Virus record (IMG/VR): IMGVR_UViG_3300028626_000002
Coordinates: 61,327-125,326 of that record
Direction: 5' to 3' (one strand)
Origin: a virus
Taxonomy: Duplodnaviria; Caudoviricetes
DNA length: 64,000 bases
Below the pieces are notes generated by a model that saw only the letters and a program-made list of their open reading frames with translations, searched no databases and was not told the DNA's origin. The position numbers and the translations under genes were made by a program. Shown here one piece after another: positions 57,743 through 64,000 of the stretch; within the stretch, counting starts at the first letter, position 1, and each line of letters begins with the position of its first letter.

Positions 57743-57958
57743 ATGACCCAGACGCAGCTGATCGAGTCCCTGGAGCGGCAGCTCCAGGATGCCCGGCGCA
57801 CCGGCGACCGGGTGGACGCCGAGGACCTGCAGGCCCGCCTCCACGAGGTGCGGACCTGCAGGCCCGAGGACTTCTGTGAGGTCTGCGGGGACACCCGCGG
57901 CCTCGTGGATGACGTCCCGGGGATGTGGCCCCACTGCCCGGGCTGCATGACGGTGTAG
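57743..57958 (+). CDS. small Zn-finger protein
   Basis: CEVC..CPGC; AGGAG SD. Confidence 0.6.
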   Translation: MTQTQLIESLERQLQDARRTGDRVDAEDLQARLHEVRTCRPEDFCEVCGDTRGLVDDVPGMWPHCPGCMTV

Positions 57959-57967
57959 GAGGTGGCG

Positions 57968-59167
57968 ATGAAGACCAACCTGACGCCCGAGCTGATGGAG
58001 AGGGGCAACGCCCCTCTCTTAACGCGGCTGCTGAACACGGACCCCGCCCTCGGTCCGCTGGCGGGCGTGCCCGCCGGCACCGGCAAGCACGCCGAGGGCG
58101 AGAGCACGCTGCAGCACGTCCACCGTGTGCTGCAGCGTGCTCTCCGGCACACTTGGGGCCTGCCGGAGCGGCTCTACGCGATGATCGCGGCCGCGGCGCT
58201 GTTCCACGACATCGGCAAGCTCTTCACCCCCCAGGAGAAGTGGCCCAAGCACGTGGGCCATGACAGCCTGGGGGCCGCGGCCCTGCCCGGCATCCTGGAG
58301 GGGTGGCCGGAGGACCTGGTGCAGGCCGCGGTGTTCGTCGCCAGCTTCCACATGCGGCTGGCCAACTGGGGCGACACCAAGGTCGCGGGTCGGCTGAAGC
58401 TGGTCCGCGACATGGTGGGCGCCGGCGGGAACAGCACCCTGCTCAAGGTGTTGGCCATCGTCACGAGCGCCGACTCCCCCGCGAAGGTGCCCGACTGGCA
58501 GACCCTCCTGGCGGAGCTGGGGGACTACCAGAAGGCCCTGGCCCTGCCCGCCGCGTCCCTCGTGCACCCCTCCCGTCTCGAGGGGAAGTCCCCCGAGGCC
58601 ATCGCCAACATCCTCTGGGAGGAGAGGCTGGAGTGGGTGACGCAGGAAGCGGCCATGCGCGCGGCGCGGCGGTCGATGATCGCGGTGTTCTCCACCTCGG
58701 ACATCTACGAGTGGCGGCCCACCAAGGGCCTGACCGCCGAGGACGAGCCCAAGATCCGGTGGCAGAACGCCGACGGCGCATCCATCACCACGGGCAAGCT
58801 CGAGCAGGCGCTGGTCGAGGGTCGCACAGTCTTCGTCGCCACCACGAAGACCAAGTGGCTCGAGCACGAGGAGTGGTGGATGAAGCTCCTGGGGGTCAGC
58901 CCCCAGGAGGGGCGGGCGGTCAGCCCCGTGGTCGGGGTGCTGGCGAGCCCGGAGTACGGTCACGCCGTGTTCCTGTCGGACGACCGGCCGATCAGCGACG
59001 ACGCACGCTGGACCACGGGCTGGTCCAGGCTGTTCGCCTACCTCAACGTGTCCTGGCCGACGCGGGGCGGGCGGGAGGAGTTCTGGACCAGCGCGCAGAC
59101 GATGCTCCTGCGGCGCCTGAAGAACGGCGACAGGCTGACGGACCCCTGGCCGGAGGAGGAGGAGTGA
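57968..59167 (+). CDS. HD-domain phosphohydrolase (resembles the HD domain of CCA-adding enzymes) plus an unknown C-terminal domain
   Basis: HAEGESTLQH..AALFHDIGK..WPKHVGHD..FHM. Confidence 0.75.
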   Translation: MKTNLTPELMERGNAPLLTRLLNTDPALGPLAGVPAGTGKHAEGESTLQHVHRVLQRALRHTWGLPERLYAMIAAAALFHDIGKLFTPQEKWPKHVGHDSLGAAALPGILEGWPEDLVQAAVFVASFHMRLANWGDTKVAGRLKLVRDMVGAGGNSTLLKVLAIVTSADSPAKVPDWQTLLAELGDYQKALALPAASLVHPSRLEGKSPEAIANILWEERLEWVTQEAAMRAARRSMIAVFSTSDIYEWRPTKGLTAEDEPKIRWQNADGASITTGKLEQALVEGRTVFVATTKTKWLEHEEWWMKLLGVSPQEGRAVSPVVGVLASPEYGHAVFLSDDRPISDDARWTTGWSRLFAYLNVSWPTRGGREEFWTSAQTMLLRRLKNGDRLTDPWPEEEE

Positions 59168-59637
59168 TGCGAGACCCCATCGAACCCGAGAACCCCGGAT
59201 TGTGGGGCATCGTCGGACACGACCCGCCCGATGGCTCCTTCCCGGTGCTTCGGTTCTACATCGCCCGGCACCCGGGCATGACCGCCTGGCCGTGGTGCTA
59301 CTTCCACGGCCAGATCGAGAGCTGGGTGCGGGAGAAGTGGGCGGAGGCCTGGGCGGCCATCCCCGCCGGGGAGAAGGAGCCCGACGATGACGGGTGGTGC
59401 GCTCCGGACCTCCTGTCCTCCGACATCCCCGTGAAGGACCTCGCGGACGGCATCTGGGAGTGCGAGGTCTACGGCAAGAAGTCCGTGGCCTACGTGTGGA
59501 CGGCCATCTCTGGCCAGTACCACCCGCACAGCAGCAGCATCGTCACCCGGCGCCACGCGTACGTCGTGGATCCGGAGAGCCTCGAGGACGTGAAGCACGC
59601 CGAGGGCAAGTACTTCGCCCACGCCGACATGCTGTAG
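59167..59637 (+). CDS. hypothetical protein
   Basis: TGATG coupling. Confidence 0.6.
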   Translation: MRDPIEPENPGLWGIVGHDPPDGSFPVLRFYIARHPGMTAWPWCYFHGQIESWVREKWAEAWAAIPAGEKEPDDDGWCAPDLLSSDIPVKDLADGIWECEVYGKKSVAYVWTAISGQYHPHSSSIVTRRHAYVVDPESLEDVKHAEGKYFAHADML

Positions 59638-59647
59638 GAGGAACACC

Positions 59648-59860
59648 ATGGAGTGGTACCTGACCAAAGCCCAGGTCCTGGTGTTGGCCAGAAAGCTGCA
59701 CTGGACGATGCTCCCCACCAAGGACTTCTCCCCCATCGTGGAAGGGAGCGGGGCGCGCATCTCGCTGCGCCGGCAGGGCGCCGTGCAGCGGTTCATCCTG
59801 CAGGGGTACGCCCACGACGGGCGTGACGTCATGACCGCCCTGCGCCTCCTGGACTCGTAG
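59648..59860 (+). CDS. hypothetical protein
   Basis: GGAGG SD. Confidence 0.6.
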   Translation: MEWYLTKAQVLVLARKLHWTMLPTKDFSPIVEGSGARISLRRQGAVQRFILQGYAHDGRDVMTALRLLDS

Positions 59861-59924
59861 ACGTTCTGCGCACCCCGCCACCGCAATGGTGGCCCCCATC
59901 TGGGGACAAGGGGTGCGCGTTCCT

Positions 59925-62177
59925 TTAGCCGGAGATGGCCAGCTCGAGGTTGGTGCAGGTGACGGTGTTGCCGGCGTTGCCGGAACCCCACTGCGCCGTG
60001 ACCTCGACCAGCTGGGGCGCGGTGGTGTTCAGGTTCGTGCCCACCGGTGCGGTGCCCACGGTCGTGGGGGTGATCGAGGTGCTGTAGGACATACACCCCT
60101 GCGCGATGACCTTCGCCACGCCGGCCCCGCCCGCGGTGCGGCAGGTGATCAACGTGGGCGGAAGCTGCCACCCGATGTTCGTTCCCACGGGCGGCGTGAA
60201 CGTGAACGACAGCACCGTGTCGCCGCCGATCTTGACGCGGATTGTCAGCGTGGTGTTGACACCACGCGTGAGGAACCCGGCGGCCGTGATGCGAACGGAC
60301 TTTCCGGCTGCCAGCGTGTTGGCTGGCAGGGTCATGCTGCCGACACCAGTGCCGACAACCGACACCTGGTTGGCCGTGCCGTCGTTGGCCACGCCGTTGG
60401 CCGTGGCCACGAACTTCACCGGCGCCACCATGCGCGGGTCGCCGTCCGTCACGTACGGGTTGCCCGCCCCGGGTGTGCCCGACGTTCCTGCCAGTGCCGC
60501 CTTCTCACCGCTCGTCGGCAGGTTGCCGTGCGCGTAGGCCCACTCATGCACCCCCACGGCCGAAGCCGCGGCACCCGCGGCTTCAAACGCCGCGGGGAGC
60601 TGCCCTCCCACCGTGTCTGCGTCACCGCCGGCGGCCGTGCGTGCATCGCTCAGCCGAGGATCACCGTCCGTCACGAACGGGTTGTCAGCGGCCGGCGTAC
60701 CGCTTGTGCCCGCCAGTGCGTCCGTCTGGTCCTCCGTCGGGATGCGGGTGTGGTCGAATCCCAGCTCATGCGCACCCACGGCCGAAGCCGCAGTGCCCGC
60801 GACCTCGAACGCCGACGGAAGCTGTCCTCCCACCGTATCAGCATCGCCACCGTTCGCGGTTCGGGCGTCGGTCATACGAGTGTCGTCGTTCGTCACGTAC
60901 GGGTTGGCCGCAGACGGCGTACCAGAGGTGCCGGCCGCCGCGTCGTGCTGGTCCTCGTTCATGTGGTAGGCGCCCGTGGGTCCGGCACCCAGCCGGCTCG
61001 TCAGGCTCTCGTGGTCGGTAGCCGCGCTGCCCAGGAACGCCAGGTCGAACACGCTCTCCACCGACTCCGGGGTGTCGGACGTCGGGGAGATGATGATGCG
61101 GCCCACCAGCCACCCGAAGCCGGCCACGTGGGCCGGGACATCCCCAGGCGGAGCTGCGTTCTGCGCCTCCTCCAGCGTGTAGTCGCCCTGCCCGATGATG
61201 ATGGCCAGCGTGTCTTCGTCGTCCTGCACCAGACGGTAGGCCCAGTTCACGGCGTAGTGCGCGCCGTCAGCCGTGACGTGCGCCAGCGTTCCCGTGCCAT
61301 CGTCGTAGTGCTCTCGGTCGTACTGGTTGGGATGCGTCTCGTTCCATTCGCCAGGCGTCACCTTGCGCCAGTAGAAGTCGATCTTGCCGTTGCCGCCGGG
61401 ATCCGTGCTCGGCGGGTACAGCTGGTTGAGGTCGGTGTGCGAGATGCCCTTCCATACGACACCGCCCTCGAGCCGCACACGGCCACCGTTCGTCGGGGTG
61501 ATCGGGTCGAACGCCGTCGCGGAGAGCCCGAACCCCGACTCGCGGGTGTAGCTCGTGGTCATCAGGAAGCGCTGGCGGATGTGGTCGACGGCGGCCTTGC
61601 CCGTGTCCCCCCACCAGAAGTAGTGAATGCCGGTGTTTCCCACCAGCACCGTGAAGACGCGGCATTTCGTGATGTTGTTGATCTCGCCGACGTCGGTGGT
61701 GGTTCGCTGGATGGGGTCGCCATCGTTGTAGTCGACGATCACGTAGCCCAGCCACTGGCTCGGCAAACCAGTGTACGTCTTGGCAGGAATCGTGAACTGC
61801 TCGGGGTGCCCGTCGTACTCAGGGTTCGTGTAGACGATCACGTCGAAGGCCCCGACCGTGAACGTCCCGTTGTGGTGGTCGGTGAGCACCGGTCTTTCGA
61901 TCATGCCGACCGACAGCACCATGTCCCGGGCGTCGGCCTCCGCCTTCGTGTACGCGTCCACGTGGGGGGCGTCCACCAGGTGGTTGGCGACCAGTTCGGC
62001 GGCGACACCCGTGTCCTCCTTCCCCGTCTCGAGGTTCGCCACATCCTCGAGGGTGGAGATGAAAGTGGGCTTCATCGTGTCGTACCACTCGATGAGCCTC
62101 GTGAGCGGCCACTTCAGGGCCGGCGGAAACACGATCCACTGCTTCATGAAGTCGGAGCGAAGCTCGTCACCAGCCAT
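59925..62177 (-). CDS. probable virion structural / tail-fibre-like protein with ~74-aa internal repeats
   Basis: the only substantial minus-strand gene; Gly/Thr/Ala-rich; AGTSGTP..NPYVT.GDPR three times; beta-rich C-terminus; GGGAGG SD. Confidence 0.7.
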   Translation of the reverse strand: MAGDELRSDFMKQWIVFPPALKWPLTRLIEWYDTMKPTFISTLEDVANLETGKEDTGVAAELVANHLVDAPHVDAYTKAEADARDMVLSVGMIERPVLTDHHNGTFTVGAFDVIVYTNPEYDGHPEQFTIPAKTYTGLPSQWLGYVIVDYNDGDPIQRTTTDVGEINNITKCRVFTVLVGNTGIHYFWWGDTGKAAVDHIRQRFLMTTSYTRESGFGLSATAFDPITPTNGGRVRLEGGVVWKGISHTDLNQLYPPSTDPGGNGKIDFYWRKVTPGEWNETHPNQYDREHYDDGTGTLAHVTADGAHYAVNWAYRLVQDDEDTLAIIIGQGDYTLEEAQNAAPPGDVPAHVAGFGWLVGRIIISPTSDTPESVESVFDLAFLGSAATDHESLTSRLGAGPTGAYHMNEDQHDAAAGTSGTPSAANPYVTNDDTRMTDARTANGGDADTVGGQLPSAFEVAGTAASAVGAHELGFDHTRIPTEDQTDALAGTSGTPAADNPFVTDGDPRLSDARTAAGGDADTVGGQLPAAFEAAGAAASAVGVHEWAYAHGNLPTSGEKAALAGTSGTPGAGNPYVTDGDPRMVAPVKFVATANGVANDGTANQVSVVGTGVGSMTLPANTLAAGKSVRITAAGFLTRGVNTTLTIRVKIGGDTVLSFTFTPPVGTNIGWQLPPTLITCRTAGGAGVAKVIAQGCMSYSTSITPTTVGTAPVGTNLNTTAPQLVEVTAQWGSGNAGNTVTCTNLELAISG

Positions 62178-62346
62178 CTGACCCTCCCGGCAGAACGCCT
62201 GCCCCGATTGTAGCTGAGGTACTCGGCGGACCGGAAATCACGCAACCCCGCGCGGTATAAGAAATACGGCAAGGGGCAAGCTGCGCGTAAAGGTGCACGC
62301 AGCCGCCGGCCCTGAGTCGCCACACCATCAAAGGAGCACTGGAACC

Positions 62347-63219
62347 ATGCAGACCATCACCATCGTGCAGTCCCTGTCCGCGCGCGCCCTGGCAGGGTTC
62401 CTGTCCGGCAAGTCTTCGGCGACCGTCGAGGCCGAGTACGGCGACACCTGCGTGGAGGGCAGCGTCCTCACGCTGGCCCACCACGGGGCCCGCTCCGCGA
62501 ACCCCGCCCCCTGCCTCCGCGGGAACGACCCCGTCGACGTCGAGGTCATCGGCGTGTCCCACGTCGACCTCGATGCTCTCGGGGGCATCCTGTCCGTCCT
62601 CGGCCGCAAGCCCGAGGTCGAGGGGTTCTGGGAGCTGGCCGGCTTCGTGGATACCCACGGGCCGCACCACCTCAGGGACTCCGGCGCGACGCCGGAGAAC
62701 GTCCGACGGCTCAACGCCGTGTGGGCGTGGAACGCCAACAACCGCGTGGACGGCGAGCGGCTCGGCCCCGAGGAAGTGCGGGACGTCACCGACAGGGTGC
62801 TGCAGCGCGCCGAGGCGCTGACCCGCATCCTGGCTGACGACCCCGAGCTCCTGGCGGCCGGCGACGCCTGGGCGAAGGACAACTCGCGGAAGAACCGCGA
62901 GTCCTTCGTTGAGATGGAGGACGGGGTGGCCGTCCGCGTCGCAGCCTGGTTCGTGAACGCGGACTACGAGTCGCCCCTGGACGGCTCGATGGCCGTGGCG
63001 AACGTCGGGTACAACCCGACGTTCGGGTCGATCACCATCGGCTTCGCGGACCCCATCCCCGGGGTCTCGGCCCGCGACATCGTCCAGGGCCTGTGGGGCT
63101 CCGAGGCCGGCGGTCACGTCGGCATCGCGGGGTCGCCGCGCAACAGGCGGATGACCCTGGGGGACCTGGTGGACGCGTGGCACGCCACGCGCGCCGCCGT
63201 CCTCGCCGCGCGGCCCTGA
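62347..63219 (+). CDS. divergent DHH-like phosphoesterase
   Basis: LAHHG, SHVDLDALGG, C-terminal AGGHVGIAGSPR (DHHA1-like). Confidence 0.45.
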   Translation: MQTITIVQSLSARALAGFLSGKSSATVEAEYGDTCVEGSVLTLAHHGARSANPAPCLRGNDPVDVEVIGVSHVDLDALGGILSVLGRKPEVEGFWELAGFVDTHGPHHLRDSGATPENVRRLNAVWAWNANNRVDGERLGPEEVRDVTDRVLQRAEALTRILADDPELLAAGDAWAKDNSRKNRESFVEMEDGVAVRVAAWFVNADYESPLDGSMAVANVGYNPTFGSITIGFADPIPGVSARDIVQGLWGSEAGGHVGIAGSPRNRRMTLGDLVDAWHATRAAVLAARP

Positions 63220-63505
63220 CGTCCGGCCGCCCGCCCTCTCCCCGCGATGGGGCGAGGGCGGGCGGACCCTCTCTCTCACGGAGGCCCCGATGAACTGGGC
63301 GAAGATCAAGCACTGGGCCAGGGTCGCCTACACGTGGCAGCCGGAGGACCCCCGGCTCGCCAACACGATCCTGGCGGCGTTCGTCACGCTCGTGACGTTC
63401 GCCATGGTGTGGGCCGCGCTGTAGGCGGGCAGGGCTGCCTGGGTGGGGTTAGCGCCCCGGTGGCCCATGAATCACGGGTAGTTCACAGCCAAGGAGCACA
63501 AGACC

Positions 63506-64000
63506 ATGCCCAAGAAGAAAGTTCCGTCCCGCGCGCGCTCGGTGAAGAGGCCGCCGCCCTCCCTGGCGGACGTGATCGCACCGCCGGGGACCCCCATCCC
63601 CGAGGTCAGCATGATCCCCATGCTGATCGACGACATCGAACTGCTGGGGCCGGTCACCAACATCCGCACGATGTCGCTGTGGGACTTCATCAACCTCCCC
63701 GTTCACCCGAACAACCGGGACACCAACGACCACGCGGCGGACATCGACTGGTTCATGTCCGCCCCCACCAAGGAGAAGAAGCCGCTGGCCCCGCTGGCCC
63801 TGGCGGGCTTCGCCGTCATCGAACTGGCGCCCGATCAGGTCCTGACCGACGCCGATGGACACCCCATCCCGCACCGCGTGTTCCTGGTGAACGGCGCTAC
63901 GCGGGCCAGCCTCCTGCGCGCGCGGTTCACCGAGCACGTTCTGCGGATGAGGCAGGTGGCCGTGGAGGTGTTCGTGCCGCGCGACCAGGAGGAGGCGGAG
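63506..64000 (+). CDS. partial hypothetical protein (possibly ParB-like), runs off the window
   Basis: AAGGAG SD; open to the window end; FLVNGATR resembles the ParB-like DGxxR motif. Confidence 0.45.
   Translation, partial: MPKKKVPSRARSVKRPPPSLADVIAPPGTPIPEVSMIPMLIDDIELLGPVTNIRTMSLWDFINLPVHPNNRDTNDHAADIDWFMSAPTKEKKPLAPLALAGFAVIELAPDQVLTDADGHPIPHRVFLVNGATRASLLRARFTEHVLRMRQVAVEVFVPRDQEEAE

Noticed and set aside
1-64000. Genome-wide UGA reassignment
   Set aside because: Many well-defined genes end in TGA with ATGA/TGATG coupling to the next gene.

Overview
This GC-rich window has almost all genes on the + strand and looks like part of a large (jumbo) bacteriophage genome: many short unknown ORFs with ATGA/TGATG overlaps, a phage-type multisubunit RNA polymerase, free-standing homing endonucleases and no host housekeeping synteny. 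Main content: (1) 0.6-9.1 kb: Ro60/TROVE gene, a tmRNA with an unusually long tag, nine Y-RNA (YrlA-like) units and a complete Ubl-E2-JAB-E1 ubiquitin-like operon. (2) 11.6-23.6 kb: a fused beta-beta' RNA polymerase with one cis intein and a naturally split intein whose halves lie 4.3 kb apart. (3) RecD2, an RlaP-like nucleotidyltransferase, Thg1, a SpoU methylase, an HD protein and many unknown ORFs. (4) 48.5-49.4 kb: a non-coding array of 12 units built from in-register GG(Y)-NN pentamers, each closed by a GGGTCRAA motif, which is a candidate programmable guide-RNA array (VIPR-like). (5) An opal (UCA) suppressor-type tRNA about 640 nt downstream of an in-frame UGA in a metallophosphoesterase gene. 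All calls come from reading motifs by eye; no database searches were run.
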